Positions 14,391 through 31,114 of a stretch of DNA of 64,000 bases are shown here, piece after piece. Source of the DNA: the human T2T-CHM13v2.0 reference genome, Homo sapiens; assembly GCF_009914755.1 (NCBI RefSeq), contig NC_060932.1; one strand, written 5' to 3'. Position numbers and translations under genes: made by a program. Numbering within the stretch: the first letter of the stretch is position 1; each line of letters starts with the position of its first letter. Under the pieces are notes generated by a model. The model did no database searches. It was not told where the DNA came from and was given only the letters and a program-made list of their open reading frames with translations.

Positions 14391-16058
14391 AGAGTATGGA
14401 AAGAGAGAGTGGCTGTGATCTGTGCTGCTGACAGACCACAAGGACTCCGCCAATGGGAGCATGTGCTTTTGATGTTATCTTAGCTGGAAGCAGTAGCCAT
14501 CTGGACACCCTCCCTCTGGGAAGCCTTGGCATAGCTTCTCTCTTTACCCGACTGCCTGCCCGAGACTCTGAAGCTCCCTTCTGTATGGCCCCTTATCCAA
14601 GGTCGCTTCCTTTGGAACAATTATCTTAGGCAAAGTGGCCTTGAGCACTCAGCAGCCAAGCTAAATTTCTCACCATACATAGAGAACCTGCTTGTTTTAA
14701 ATTCAAGTCCAGGAGGCCCGGGTCATTCCAAAATACAGAGAAACTGCAAATGTATGGCAGTTTCTGATGGTCTTTCCCTATACTGCTGTGCCTCAGTTGG
14801 AACTAGTCACTGGGTGTGTTTTCATTGGTTGTTCAGGAAAGGAGGGAACATTGTGATCAAGGAGGCCTCCTGGTGACGTACCAAGACCTTGGACATTGGA
14901 GTCAGACAGACTGCCTAGTTCTTAAGTTCTGGCTTCTCCCTTACTGGGTATGTACTATTATATTCAGAAAAAAATGACAAACCCAGTAATAGTTACTGAA
15001 AATAAACCAAAACAGAAAGAACTTGGATGCAGAAGGCTACTAGCTGATCCTGCTGCCTAAGACAAGTCCCTTGATCTCCTTAAGTTTTCTTTTCTTCTCT
15101 TAAGTGGGGATTTTATGTGCTATATGCCTTGCAAATTTATTGTAAGGATTCAGCGGGATAGTCTGTATAAAACCCCAGGGTAGTACCTGTCACACTGTGG
15201 TCAATACATGACAGCCCCTGACTAACCCCTCACAACTCTGCTCCTAGAAAGAGCTGATTGATAATGAGAAGTGTAAGAGAAGAGCTGGATCACACTAGAA
15301 GATTTAGTGACGTTTGCCTTGAGGTCATGTAAGGGTGCAGTTGCCCACCTACTGTGGTTATTCCCCATCTTCCAGCTTCGGGCAGAAGGGGTGGGCAGAT
15401 AATGTCTAGCCTCCCTCCAGCCCCGTAGTAACTTAACTAGGTCGATGGGTTTCAGATTTTCTATCTACTATTCTTCCCAGCCTTGGAAAGCAGCTCCAGC
15501 GAGCTGATCTTTGGCCTCTTTTCCTTTCTGTCAACACCTCTTCCTGCTTCCACACGGCTGAGGTGGAATCAGGGCAGATCCCCGTGCTAGATGGGCGGAT
15601 GCCCATGCAGTGACTTAGACACGGTCGGATTCGTGTAATGTCTAACTTTTATCTTGTCGATAACAACTCAGTTATACTTTTTGAATATAAACAATTCTAC
15701 ATCTCAAGTCAAAGGATCATACTTTTTCAACTAAAAATCTGGTCTTGAAACTGAAGAATTGCAGTGTATTCGTGGACACAGTAGGGCAAGAGTTTTCAAA
15801 TACAGGACTGTCCTGTAAATTCTAAGGTGTTTGGATGCCATAAACATGCTGTGCACCATCTCACCCTAAGATTTAGTTTCGTGCTATTCCTCATCTTCCC
15901 ATGGGAGAAAGGGTTCAGTGAATTGTGGTCAATCGGGCTGTTTTGTTCATGTAACTTTGGAAGACTGGATCTAATCCTACTCCTTATGGAAAAGAGATAG
16001 AAGATCTTTTTTGGTGATAGAAGGTATTGAAGGCATAGTGTTGAATCAAGTGAATTTA

Positions 16059-16357
<299 letters not shown>

Positions 16358-17501
16358 AATCAAGTGAATTTAATTGCTAACATGTAGTTTGTACAAAGGA
16401 CTGATCTCCCCTCACTTAAAATTTGCCAGCAATAAAGAACCCTGTGGCAGTCTATAGTTCTGGAAAAATCAGGAGCAGAAAAAGTGCCTATAACTGGGAA
16501 GAGGGGGTAGGGGAACTTGCAGAACATACTGAATGGCCCTTTCTTCCCATCATCGCATATCCAGGCAGTTTAAAGCTGCTGGATTCTAATCTCTTTGAAC
16601 CGGTGGTTATTACTGGCTTCTGGAACGTAATCTCTGAAGTACAATTAAGCTGGTCTCATGGTTTGAAACCAGCATCTTATTCCTTATTACCAAGAACAGA
16701 AAATTCCCATAGCAAACTTTGTCCTCTTGTCAGGGCATTTTATCTGGGAGTTGCAAGCCCTGCTTCAGTGTGGCTCTAACAAGAGAGCCAAGATGTGGCG
16801 TGGGACTGACTGATGGGCACCAGACATGGGTGGTGCTTTGGGTATTTTTCCAGTTTTGATTTCCTCTGACCTGGTTGCCTGGCTGTCAGGATTTCTTTTC
16901 CTTCAGGAGGCAAAAAATGGCCTTTAACTTGAATGGTTTCTTTAAAAATCAGACCTTTGCTGGTCAGACTGCACTTTTATCTGACACAGAGAAAAGGCAC
17001 TAGAATGGATAGGAAGCGTGTTTGGGGCAGTGGGAATTCTCTTCTTCCCGGGGTCCCTGGAGTCAGTGTAGCTCAAGAACACAGAAGGACCCAAACACCC
17101 CATCTGGACCCAGGTGTTACAGCTACGTGGAAAAGGCATGAGATTGATTGCAATGAGCTCGACACCGGGAAAATTTGATTCAACGCCAACTGAGTGTGCA
17201 AGCAAGTGAGATGATCAGAGTCAGATGCAGTTAATCAGGAAGCTGCCTGGGAGGAGTAATTGAGTTTAATGTCTCAGTCATAGACTCAAAGACGCTTATC
17301 CTTGGGAATGGATTTTAGTTCCAGTCTCTTTATTTTACATGTGAGTTTACCCTAGAGGGAATATGCCCGAAGCCACATAGCAAGTTAATGATAGAATTCG
17401 AGATAGAAGCCAAGTACCCATACTTTCAGCCAAGCCTGTTTCCCCCTAAGTCATAAAATCTGCATGGAAGAGGAAAGGTTGGTGAACAGAGTGAATATTG
17501 A

Positions 17502-17918
<417 letters not shown>

Positions 17919-18096
17919 TGAAGAATAGAGTCCAGGTTTTCTAATACCCATTGCAGCTGGGCCATCATCTAAATGGCCCCTCAAATTTCTATAATACTCC
18001 TGCTTTCCTGTGAGTATTGAAGGCAAAGCTATTTTTTCTTGTGACTTTGTGTTTATCTCTAGACATTCTAAAAAAAGAAAAAAAAGTTATAAACAT

Positions 18097-18347
<251 letters not shown>

Positions 18348-18798
18348 TTATAAATATTTGGACTAAAACTACAAAAAGTGAGGCTTCAGGTATCTCCGTA
18401 TCTCCAAGTAGAAGAGGGAGAAATTTTAAGCAAATGCAGGAATATCTTTGCTATCTTGAAAAAAATTTAGATTGTTTTATTTTGTGGACACATTCTTCAT
18501 TCACATTGAAAGCAGAGTATTACAGAGTGTTATTTTAAATTTAAGCTGTCAAAGTTTGTTTTTGAGTCCCTATTGTGTTCCAGGATTGTGCTCTTTTGTG
18601 GAGAGGGTCACAGAAATTCTTGGATGATGTGACAGTGGCGGATAATGCAGAAAAGGCTGAAGTGAGTGATGACGAGAGATAACCGAGAAGGCTTCTACAA
18701 CAGGCGGGCCTGGGCAGTATGGGATTCAGGAAAGAAAGAGCTGGAAGGAGAGCAACTGGAGAGAGAAAATAGAGCCTCAGAGGAGCTTAGCATATGCT

Positions 18799-19207
<409 letters not shown>

Positions 19208-20212
19208 TAGAACGCTCTTAGGAATGTAGCAACAAAGTCCATCTCCTTGAAGTGAATGGGGAAATTGTTTCCTTTGGTGTGTTATAGCTTGTCTATTCAG
19301 AATTCACTTGGCACAGTATATCAGAGAAGAATGACTGTCTTCATCCTTCCTTGGGGGACAAAGTTGGCAGACAAGGCTGGTATGGACGGGCAATAATTAA
19401 ATTGCCACGGATAGTGTCTAATGTAACTGAGACTAAGAACTTGTGCACATGTACCCCAAACAAAGCACTGTGTCACACAGAGGATCCCCGGAGCCTTTGA
19501 ACCCTTTCTTTACCATATTATGAGAAGCAATATCTTAACATTAGAAAACACTTTGAATAGCTAAAAGTGGACAAATGCGTTGCAAGAAAGAAAACAAGAG
19601 TCTCTTTCTGCTTAGCAGTTTTGAAAAGCAAAAACTGACAGGCTTAATTTCTCACTTCTTTTTCCAATTTTGAAGAAAATGAAATGGAAACATTTTATAT
19701 AAGATTGAAGGAAAAAAGCAGGGTTTTTACCTTTGCTTATTAAAAATAGTATCTTAAAAGCCCTCATTTTTATGTTTTGCTAAGGACTGGGGGATGAGGA
19801 AGAGGCAATTCAGAAAATGCTAAAAGCAGTAAATGTAGGTAGTTTCAAAATTTTAAACAGGCTTTGCCTTCTGTGTTTTTTTAAGATCAGTGGTGTTAAC
19901 AGAGCATATTGCAATCACAGATAAATGGGTTGTTCATCTCTTTCCTTTGTGTTGCCACAGAACTTTGAACTTGTGTTAGGGTTTCAACACACTCTGCTAA
20001 TCTCAGTTTTGTTATTGCCCCCTACTTTACACCAAGGCCTCTTTCCTCCTCATTTATTCTTTGTTAAGGAGTATTTTGGATGTTTTCAGCCCTGTTTCTA
20101 GTCTACACCTGGTCCAGGAATCTGTGTCCTTAGGATCGTCATAGAAGGACATCACTAGAGAATATTGTGTGCTGTCAACATCTCTCTCTGTGTGTGCATT
20201 GTTTTTTGGGGG

Positions 20213-20363
20213 GTTTTTTGTTTGTTTGTTTGTTTGTTTATTTTACAGAAACAAGGTCTCGCTATGTTGCCCAGGCTGGTCTCAAACTCTGAGACTCAAG
20301 TGATCCTCTTGCCTCGGCCTCCCAAAGTGCTGGGATTACAGATGTGAGCCACCACGCCCAGCC
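20213..20363 (-). mobile_element. Alu left monomer (FLAM-like)
   Basis: Left arm with (TTTG)n tail. Confidence 0.85.
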
Positions 20364-20450
20364 AGTGTGAGTTGTTTTTACAGCAGATAAGAAGAATGTT
20401 TTCTTATAATTTCAGAAGTATATGGTTATATAACTATATCATGACTTTCA

Positions 20451-20797
<347 letters not shown>

Positions 20798-21131
20798 TCA
20801 GTGGAATTCTGTGGGGTTTTATTTAACTAACATTTCAAAAGTGATACACAGAAGACTTTTCTCTGAATGCAGTACCTAAAGTAACATCCTTCCCCTATAT
20901 ACGCAAGATCATATTGTCCTATTTATTCTTCTTATACTTTTCATCATCAGAAATTATCTCATGTGTGTATATATATTATGATATAATATATGGCGTATAT
21001 ATTTACTTTCTTATTGCTGTCTTACCTTCTCTGGAATGTTAGATCCTTGAGGGCAGAAACTTTATTACCAGCACATAGTGGATGCTCATTAACTTAAAAA
21101 AAATTAAAATGAAGACATCAATCATTTAGGT

Positions 21132-21331
21132 CAGGGGTGTCCAATCTTTTGGCTTCCCTAGGCCACATTGGAAGAAGAATTGTCCACATATGAGATACAC
21201 TAACATGAATGATAGCTGATGAGCTAAAAAACAAAAATTGCAAAAAAAATATGATAATGTTTTAAGAACGTTTATGAAGTTGCATTGGGCTGCATTCAAA
21301 GCCATCCAGGGCCACAGGTTGGACAAGCTTG
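21132..21331. mobile_element. MER30 (hAT-Charlie)
   Basis: caggggtgtccaatcttttggcttccc..ggttggacaagcttg. Confidence 0.85.
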
Positions 21332-21564
21332 ATTTAGAAGTTTGTGATGGCTTAGGTGTCAAGTATTTGATTCTTAAAATGATTGAAAAACAAATGATTA
21401 GTTAGTTGTAAGGTAATTTAGTTTGGTTACAGTAAGTTACTAGTGAAACCAAGATTAACAGTTTAATATGTGGATGGTCTAACAATTGGGGAAATGGGGA
21501 CTTTAAAATAATATTTAAAATTATATTTTCTAGTATTTCTTATCTCTGAAATTATTTCTCCATT

Positions 21565-22110
21565 CATAATTCACTCATTTAGTACATTTGCTAGAGTGCC
21601 TACTTATACCAGCTATATTCTAGGGACACACAAATGAACAAACTCTCTGTCCTATAAAGGCCTACCAGCTAAGCAGGGAGGCAGATGAGCCAGTGTAACC
21701 CAGGGTTCTCCATGCTATCATGGGAACAAATTCTGGGCACTGTGGGTGGGACCGCTAACATGAAGTTGAAGTTTCAAGGTAGAGACATCTAAGTTGAGAC
21801 TGAAGAAATCAGAATTACCAGTTGGCAGAGGGTGTAGTGTGAGTCAGAAAAGGATAGGGGTGGGGTAGATTTGGAGGAAGAGGACAAAAGAAGAAATAAC
21901 ATATTGAGAGGATCTGGAGCCTTGGAGAGAAATGGATGTGACTTTGCATGGAAGGGAACATAGATTGTTGGGGTGGAGACTGGTATGAAATGCAGCTGGG
22001 AATGTGTGGAAGAGTCAAGATATGGAAGGATCAAGATATGTGTCTGGAGGACATTGAGACTCACTGGAGGGCTTTAAACCCAGGAGGGGCATGGCTAGAG
22101 TTTTAGGGTA
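21565..22110. mobile_element. L2 fragment
   Basis: attcactcatttagtacatttgctagagtgcctact..gagggctttaaacccaggaggggcatgg; degenerate. Confidence 0.55.
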
Positions 22111-22306
22111 CATGGATGATTTGATATGTTTGTGAGTATGACCCACTGTTTACCCTACAATCACCAGTTTCCACAGTTGCAAGAGGGGAGGGTGTAGAAA
22201 TGGCTCGGGAGAAAGCCATTCCTATTAATATATTTTCTTAAAATCCCTGGATGCATGCAGCTTACTCTATGACACGATTGATTAAATAACACCTTATAAA
22301 GAATCA

Positions 22307-22798
22307 GGCTAGGCGCAGTGGCTCATGCCTCTAATCCCAGCACTTTGGGAGGCCAAGGCGGGCAGATCACTTGAGGTCAGGAGTTCGAGACCAGCCTGGC
22401 CAACGTGATGAAACCCCATCTCTACTAAAAATGCAAAAATTAGCTGGGTGTGGTGGCATGCTCCTGTAGTCCCAGCTATTCAGGAGGCTGAGGCAGGAGA
22501 ATCACTTCAACCTGGGAGGTGGAGGTTACAGTTAGCCGAGTTTGTGCCACTGCACTCCAGCCTGGGCAACAGAGCAAGACTCCGTCTCAAAAAAAAAAAA
22601 AAAAAATCAACCAGGCCAGGCGTGGTGGCTCAAGCTTATAATCCCAGCACTTTGGGAGGCCGAGGCGGGTAGATCCATGGTGAGACCCTGTCTCTACTTG
22701 AACCCAGGAGGCAGAGGTTGTAGTGAGCCAAGATAGTGCTACTGCACTCCAGCCTGGGTGACAGAGCAAGACTCCATCACAAAAAAAAAAAAAAAAAA
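22307..22798 (+). mobile_element. Two tandem Alus (second internally deleted)
   Basis: 22307-22607 full; 22614-22798 with deletions. Confidence 0.9.
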
Positions 22799-22932
22799 GA
22801 ATCGGCCAAAAGATGTTCCCTCTCATCTGTCTGACATTCCCGTTAAAAACAAACAAATAAAAAAAGGATGTTCCCATCCTCTGTCACACCTTTTTCTAAG
22901 AATCTTTTCTTCATCATATTTTCTCATCTTAG

Positions 22933-23081
22933 AACAACAAGCTCACCCTCTTCCGCCAGCTGCAGCAGATGACGTACAGCCTGATCGAGTGGCGGTCCCA
23001 GATCCTGTCTGGGACGCTCCCCAAGGATGAACTGGCAGAGCTCAAGAAGAAAGTCACAGCCAAAATTGATCATGGGAACAG
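22933..23081 (+). CDS. DOCK5: DOCK5 exon 6 (149 nt; [50 protein letters not shown])
   Basis: ctcatcttag|AAC ... AAC AG|gtaggt. Confidence 0.96.
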
Positions 23082-23375
23082 GTAGGTAAACCAGGGATGG
23101 CTTTTCACTGAAAACTTGGCGAACAGTGGGCATGTTCACGCTAATGACACTGTTTGCAGCGACCTTTGATCTTAGAGTTGCCAAAGAATAATGCTTACTG
23201 CTCTCATTTTGTCTTTGAAGACATTTAATTTTGTTGAAAAAAATGTCACAGTTCCCTCCATGGCCAGGCTCTGTGTTGGATCTCTGATCCCATGGAGGTG
23301 ACAGATGATCAGGAAAGATGGGTCTTGGACTGAGGCTGCTCCACTCCAAATAAAGAAAACAAAAACAAAAAACCT

Positions 23376-23666
23376 GGCTGGGCACAGTGGCTCACACTTG
23401 TAATCCCAGTACTTTGTGAGGATGAGGCTCGAGGATCACTTGAGCCCAGTAGTTTGGAACCAGCCCAGACAACATAGCGAGGCCCCATCTCTACAATAAA
23501 TATTTGGAAATTAGCTGGGTGTGGTGGTGCACACCTGTCATCCCACCTACTCGGGAGGATCACTTGAACCTGGAGGTTCAAGGCTGCAGTGAGCCATGAT
23601 TGCATGCCTGCACTCCAGCCTGGGCAACAGAGTGAGACCCTGTCTCACAAACTAAACTAAACTAAA
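23376..23666 (+). mobile_element. AluJ
   Basis: Full dimer, (AAACT)n tail. Confidence 0.9.
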
Positions 23667-24630
23667 ATCCCTGAAAATGACCAAGCCTCTGAAGTTGACA
23701 TTTTCAGATACTTGGGACTGTATCTATTTTTATTCTAACAGTGGATTCCAAATCAATACCAGACTCATTCTCTTTATTTCTCTTCATCTCCCCCTAACCG
23801 GGACCATTGTCTATGGTGTGTGAAAAGCAGACTTGCAGGAGTAGTAAAACATGTTTGTAGCCTGTTGATTATGGCTACAATCACCTCTACAGAGTTAATC
23901 ACTTCATTAATCTTCTGATTAACTCAGGCACATATCCAGGCTCCAGATATCACTGCCTTTAGGAAAATGAGAAATTCAGTCCTATATCCAAATTGGTGGT
24001 GGCCTGGGGTTTTTGCCTCCTGACCAGCACTTTTTTAAAAGGCAAAAGTGGTTCCTCGGTTAGCTGTTATTGGTGATTCTTTTGGAATTAGTTTCATTTT
24101 CTAAATTTCTTCAACTTGTGCATATGTGATTTTTTTCCTCCTCCTCTACCTTGCTTTTCTAGTGTCGGAATTCTTGGATATCCCTCAGAGACCTATTAAA
24201 ATATAGATCATTATGCCACTTATTTAAATGTCATAGACTCTGACAACTATATTCTGAAGTAGCCGAAGTGAACATGCCATGCAGGATTCAGATTCAAGCA
24301 GTATTTAGGAAACACCTTCTATGTACATTTCATATACATTACTTGATTATAATCTTAAAACATAGGGTTGAGGTAGCTGTTATTATTTACATCTTATGGA
24401 TAAAGAAACAGACCAAGTGAGCTTAAGTGATTTATTTCCCAGTCACATAGATAATAAATGGGAAAGGTTAAATTTGAACCCAAGACTTTTGACTCCATGT
24501 CTAATGCTGCCTTCTTAGGGTTAAGAATTAATAGTGCCCTTCCCTATTACTTGACCACCCAGAAGACCATACCCACAGTGGCTGCACTGCCAGGCTTGTG
24601 GTGTCAGAGGACTTATTAAAAGGCCAATTA

Positions 24631-24932
<302 letters not shown>

Positions 24933-25572
24933 AAAAGGCCAATTGGGTGGGATAAGGAAACTCCATTGCACATAGGACACCTCTGTCATTTGGTGTCTTG
25001 CCATGACATTGGCCTGGAGGTCCCGTGATCTCTGGCACAGGATGTTCACACCCCACAAACGGCAGAACATGACTTCTTTCCCGTTCCAGCTCTTGGAAGT
25101 CGCTCAGGAAATGGAGCTGCTGTGTCAGTGCCTTCCTGATCCAGTCTCCGAGCAGCCAGCATGGCCATTGTTCATGAGTCTGGGTGGCCTGTGGGTCTGG
25201 CCGCCATGGAAAGGAACCTGCCAGATCAAATCACTTGATAGAGATGCTGTAAAACAGGGAGGAGGGAGAGGAGGCATTTTTGCTTTCTTCCCAAAGACTT
25301 GGCACATTGCAGTGTTATCCCTGAGCGGTCTTGCTCTTTGGTACCGGGAATGCATGCTGGGTATTCGGATAGCAGTATCCTATTTCCACCACAGTCCTCA
25401 ACTTCTTGAGCCTAAGCAAAATTTTTTCTACTTCTGTGTGCACTTTGGGCACAAAAGCCTTGAGGGGAGGGATTGCACCCACGATATGGCCCTTAGTATT
25501 CCCAAGCATATGCAGAGCTACAACTTCACACACAGCCAGGTGTTTGCTTCTACTAGTTGCTGCGATAAGAGC

Positions 25573-25970
25573 TGTGTTAGTCCATTCTCACACTGCTATA
25601 AAGAAATACCTGAGACTGGGTAATTTATAAGAAAAGTGGTTTAATTGACTCATGGTCTGTTGGCTGTACAGGCAGCATACCAGCTTCTGCCTCTGGGGAG
25701 GCCTCAGGAAACACAATCATGGCAGAAGGGGAAGCAAGCACGTCTTACATGGCCAGAGCAGGAGTAAGAGAGAGAGAGGTGGGAGGGGCTACAGACTTTT
25801 AAACAACCAGATCTCGTGAGAACTCTATCACGAGAACAGCACCAAAGGGATGGTGTTAAACCATTTATGAAGGATCCACCCCCATGATCCAATCACCTCC
25901 CACCAGGCCCCACTTCCAACATTGGGGTGAATGTGAGATTTGGGTGGGAACATAGATCCAAACCATATCA
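25573..25970 (-). mobile_element. MST(A)-type ERVL-MaLR solo LTR
   Basis: TG..CA termini; minus strand begins tgatatggtttggatct; 5-bp TSD agagc at 25568-25572 / 25971-25975. Confidence 0.9.
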
Positions 25971-26065
25971 AGAGCTAACATTTATGCTTAAGCTGAGAGT
26001 TTACTGTATGCTACATATAGTATTAGGTACTGTACATGCATTATCTTATTAAATTCTCACAACAG

Positions 26066-26313
26066 GGCCAGGTGCAATGGCTTATGCCTATAATCCCAGC
26101 ACTTTGGGAGACCGAAGTGGGAGGCTCACTTGAAGCCAGGAGTTCAAGACTAGCCTGGGCAACATAGCAAGACCCCATCTCTACAATTTTTTTTTTTTTA
26201 ATTAGCTGAGCATGGTAATATAAGCCTGTAGTCCCAGCTACTTGGAAGGCTGAGACAGGGACTGCTTGAGCCCAGGAGTTTAAGGCTGTCTCTAAAAAAA
26301 AAAAAAATAAATA
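26066..26313 (+). mobile_element. AluJ (right arm partly deleted) inside MIR
   Basis: TSD taaattctcacaaca. Confidence 0.85.
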
Positions 26314-26723
26314 AATTCTCACAACAACCTTGAAGGGTAAGGAATGTATACAAATGAAGAAACCAAAGTTGTGCAGAATTAAGTAAATTCTCCAGGGTCA
26401 TAATGTTAGCAAGTATTCAAGCCAAGATTCAAATCCTGGTCTAAATGACACCAGAGCCCATGCTCTGGGCATGAGATAGCAGCAAGCCAGGACTTACTTC
26501 ACTCGTCTCCTTTATGACCATCTTAAGTTAAGGAAATCAAGGCAAGCCCTCAAATAATTGTTCATTGGTCCTTCATAGCAATGTAATAAACAGTGAGACC
26601 ACGCCCACTTGGTCTGTTCCTTTACTCATAAAATGGAAATAATAACATTTACCTCCACCCTACCTCATGGCATTATAATCAATCAATGTTTGTGAAGTGT
26701 ATATAGGAGGTATGTGTGTATGT

Positions 26724-27027
26724 ATTTATTTATTTATTTATTGTTTCAGACAGGGTCTTGCTTTCTCATGCAGGCTAGAGTGCAGTGGTGCAATCCTGAC
26801 TCATTGCAGCCTCAACTTCCTGGGCTCAAGCCATCCTCACACCTCAGCCCCCCAAGTAGTTGAGACTACAGGCGTGTGCTACTACACCTGGCTAATTTTT
26901 GTATTTTTAGCAGAGACAGGGTTTCAACATGTTGCCCAGGCTGGTCTTGACCTCCTGGTCTCAAGTAATCCGCCCACCTCAGCCTCCCAAAGTGCTAGGA
27001 TTACAGACGTGAACCACGACGCCTGGC
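26724..27027 (-). mobile_element. AluJ
   Basis: Full dimer, (TTTA)n tail. Confidence 0.9.
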
Positions 27028-27421
27028 AAAGGAGGTGTTTATTAAACACAGGTTGAATCTTAATTTTGTTTGCTCTATTTACTTCATAGTTCCTCTTCAT
27101 AATAACAGAAGATTACAGGCAAGAAGCATTGGCCAGAGGAATTTAGTCAGAATCAGTGCCAATTTTACTTTTCTCTTCAGGGTCTATGGACCATATTTGC
27201 ATATCCTTCTACGACTTTGGCTAATATCATCTCATGAGTTTTCTAACAGTGTTGAAAGGTGGCAGAAACTGAAATGAGAAAAGTCAATGAGGTGTGCTTC
27301 CCTGGGCTTGTCCAGCATCTCCCTTTCTAACTATGGATCCTCTGGGCTCCTTGACAAGGACTCCTCAGTAAAAAGTCTGCCCCTGGTGAGGAGAACCAGC
27401 TGACTACTCCTTTCTCTCCAG

Positions 27422-27557
27422 AATGCTGGGGTTAGATCTGGTGGTGCGAGATGACAATGGGAACATCCTAGACCCTGACGAAACCAGCACCATTGCCCTC
27501 TTCAAGGCCCATGAGGTGGCCTCCAAAAGGATTGAGGAAAAGATCCAAGAAGAGAAG
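27422..27557 (+). CDS. DOCK5: DOCK5 exon 7 (136 nt; [45 protein letters not shown])
   Basis: ttctctccag|A ATG ... GAG AAG|gtacag. Confidence 0.96.
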
Positions 27558-27881
27558 GTACAGTTCCTCAAATGTGAAATTCTGCCCACTGAGGTTCCAT
27601 TTTTGCCTTGGTTTTTAATGAAAGAAAGGGAAATCATTGAGAACAAAACTACTTCTGTAGTTTTCGTCCTCATTTTAAAAGTGAAACATAGCAGAAAGGA
27701 TGAGGCAGGTATATATATATATATGTTCTGATATGGAAAGATCGCAAAGATACGTATTAAGTGAAAAGATCAGGATCCATAATGGTATATATGAAATGCT
27801 ATTATTTGTGTTTCAAAAAATGTATATAAATCTATGCTTGCATATACATAGACTAACTCTGAAATAATAGACAAGAAATAA

Positions 27882-28598
<717 letters not shown>

Positions 28599-28677
28599 AA
28601 AATAAATAATATTTAAAAATAAAGTGTTTGAAAGACTTCAAAGGTAATAATTGGACATTAAAGAAAAATTAGAATCC

Positions 28678-28988
<311 letters not shown>

Positions 28989-29504
28989 TTACTCATATTT
29001 TGATTTCTCAGACCCAAACATATTGACATTTTAATATGTTTTTTTTCCAGTCTTTCTGTTCTAATGAGTAAAGATTTGTGTCAATTTTCTTTGGTTTGTT
29101 GGTTTGTAGTGTTTACTTCTTTAGCATGGTCATGATAATATTTGTGTTCTGAATCCAATGGCAAACCACACCTGAAGGTAAAGCCTTTCTAGTGGAATAT
29201 TTTGTTTTTAATGAGAGTTATTTCTTTATCCAGGATAATGGATCATGATGTTTGTGCTTTTGAGCTTCATTCAGAAGCTATTGTGTAAGACAAGCACCTC
29301 TTGGAGCTACCAAAACCCTGGAATTATCACCTTTAGACAGCATTTGTTTGAATGTCTGGGATTCAAGGCCCTGAACAGGACAGTCTTGATCACTGAAAAT
29401 ATAATGATTATATTTTGCTCACTGCATTTGTCCACTTACATACACTTTTTCTTAGCAAATGCACTTCCTCTTGGGTGTTATCTGTGTTTTGTTTTTTGTT
29501 ATTT

Positions 29505-29750
29505 ATTGATTAATCAACTGATTGATTGAGACAGGGTCTCACTTTGTTGCCCAGGCTGGAGTTCAATGACTCCATCATAACTCACTCACTGCAGCCTCCT
29601 CTGTTCCCAGGTAGCTGGGACTACAGGCACAGCTAATTAAAAAAAAATTTTTTTGTAGAGACAGAGGCTTGCTGTGTTGCCCAGGCTGGTCTCAAATTCC
29701 TGGGCCTCTAGTAGCACTGGGATTACAGGAATGAGCCACTGTGCCCAGGC
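29505..29750 (-). mobile_element. AluJ (degenerate)
   Basis: Alu reverse complement with deletions. Confidence 0.85.
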
Positions 29751-29852
29751 TTTGTCTGCCATTTGCAGGCTTATTTATTTATTTATTTATTTTTGCCAAC
29801 ATTTCCCATTTGCCAAAATCAAGATGTTTTTCTCTGTTCCCTCTTTGTTCAG

Positions 29853-30010
29853 TCAATCCTGCAGAACCTCGATTTGCGGGGCCAGTCCATCTTCAGTACC
29901 ATCCACACCTATGGCCTCTATGTGAACTTCAAGAACTTTGTCTGCAACATCGGGGAAGATGCAGAGTTGTTTATGGCCCTCTACGACCCAGACCAGTCCA
30001 CTTTTATCAG
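29853..30010 (+). CDS. DOCK5: DOCK5 exon 8 (158 nt; [53 protein letters not shown])
   Basis: ctttgttcag|TCA ... ATC AG|gtagca. Confidence 0.96.
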
Positions 30011-30269
30011 GTAGCAGAGACCCACATCCCCTGCTGCTGACCTAACAAAGATACCCAGCCTTCCCCTGACCCCTACCCGGGCAGCTCTTTGCCAGATTTG
30101 AGAAGAGAAAATAGGGAAGCATGGAAGATTTCTAAGCAGTAGAATGTAAAATCATATGGTCTATGAAGCCTTCATATGTCACTACTAGAACAATGAGGCC
30201 AGTTTGTATACTCTCTGGGATTTAGAGATCACATAAAACTCATTAGGGCTTGGAGATGGGAACAAAGAA

Positions 30270-30628
30270 TTCAAAACAGTGTGTGGGAGGGTGAGAAAGG
30301 GATGAATAGGCAGAGCACAGAGGATTTTTAGAGCAACGGCAGTATTCTGTATGATGCTATAGTGGTGGATGCATGTCATTATGAATTTGTCTAAATGCAC
30401 AGGACGTTCGATGCCAGGAGGGAACCCTTATGTAAACTGTGGGCTTTGGGTACATGATGTGTCAATGTAGCTTCATCAGTTTTAACTAATGTTACTACTA
30501 TGGTCGGGGGAATGTTGGTAGCAAAGGAGGTTGTGTCTGAGGGGAGAGAATATGTTATGGGACTCTATTTTCAGCTCAACTTTGCTGCAAAGCCAAAACT
30601 GCTCTAAGAAAATAATGTCTATTAAAAA
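30270..30628 (+). mobile_element. L1M (MC/MD-type) 3' end fragment
   Basis: gggatgaataggcagagcacagaggatttttag..aaactgctctaagaaaataatgtctattaaaa. Confidence 0.7.
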
Positions 30629-30836
30629 ACATTTTTTTTAAGACTCTAAGGAGTGTGATGGGCATTGTTCAGCCCTACAGTGGTACTACTGTTTAGCAGC
30701 TAAGAAAATGGAGAATTTATTTTTGAGAAGATAGTTAAAAGTAATTGCTGACAATTTGTTTCTTTAAAAAAAATTTTTTAATGTCAATGTGGATTACAGG
30801 GGATAGATTTGGAATGACTGTTATAAAATTAAATTC

Positions 30837-31114
30837 TTTTTTTATCTTTTATTTATTGTTTATTTTTTGAGACAGAGTTTAGCTCTTGTCGTACAGGCCC
30901 GCATCCTGGGTCCAAGCGATTCTCCTGCCTCAGCCTCCCAAGTAGCTGGGATTACAGGCACCTGCCACCATGCCCAACCAATTTTTGTATTTTTAGTAGA
31001 GATGGAGTTTTACCATGTTGGCCAGCCTGGTCTTGAACTCCTGACCTCAGGCGATCCGCCCGCCTTGACCTCCCAAAGTGCTGGGATTACAGGCGTGAGC
31101 CACTGCGCCCTGCC
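30837..31114 (-). mobile_element. AluS with internal deletion
   Basis: TSD taaaattaaatt. Confidence 0.88.

Noticed and set aside
19760-19845. Possible cryptic exon (ttttgctaag|gactgggg...)
   Set aside because: Weak donors and an in-frame stop; no supporting similarity.
25003-25623. 206-aa plus-strand ORF
   Set aside because: Low-information sequence ending in the MST LTR; no domain or exon signature.
27423-27731. ORFs extending DOCK5 exons into introns (also 9439, 29763, 39630, 41327, 56588)
   Set aside because: Only the portion between canonical splice sites resembles DOCK5; the rest is intron read-through.
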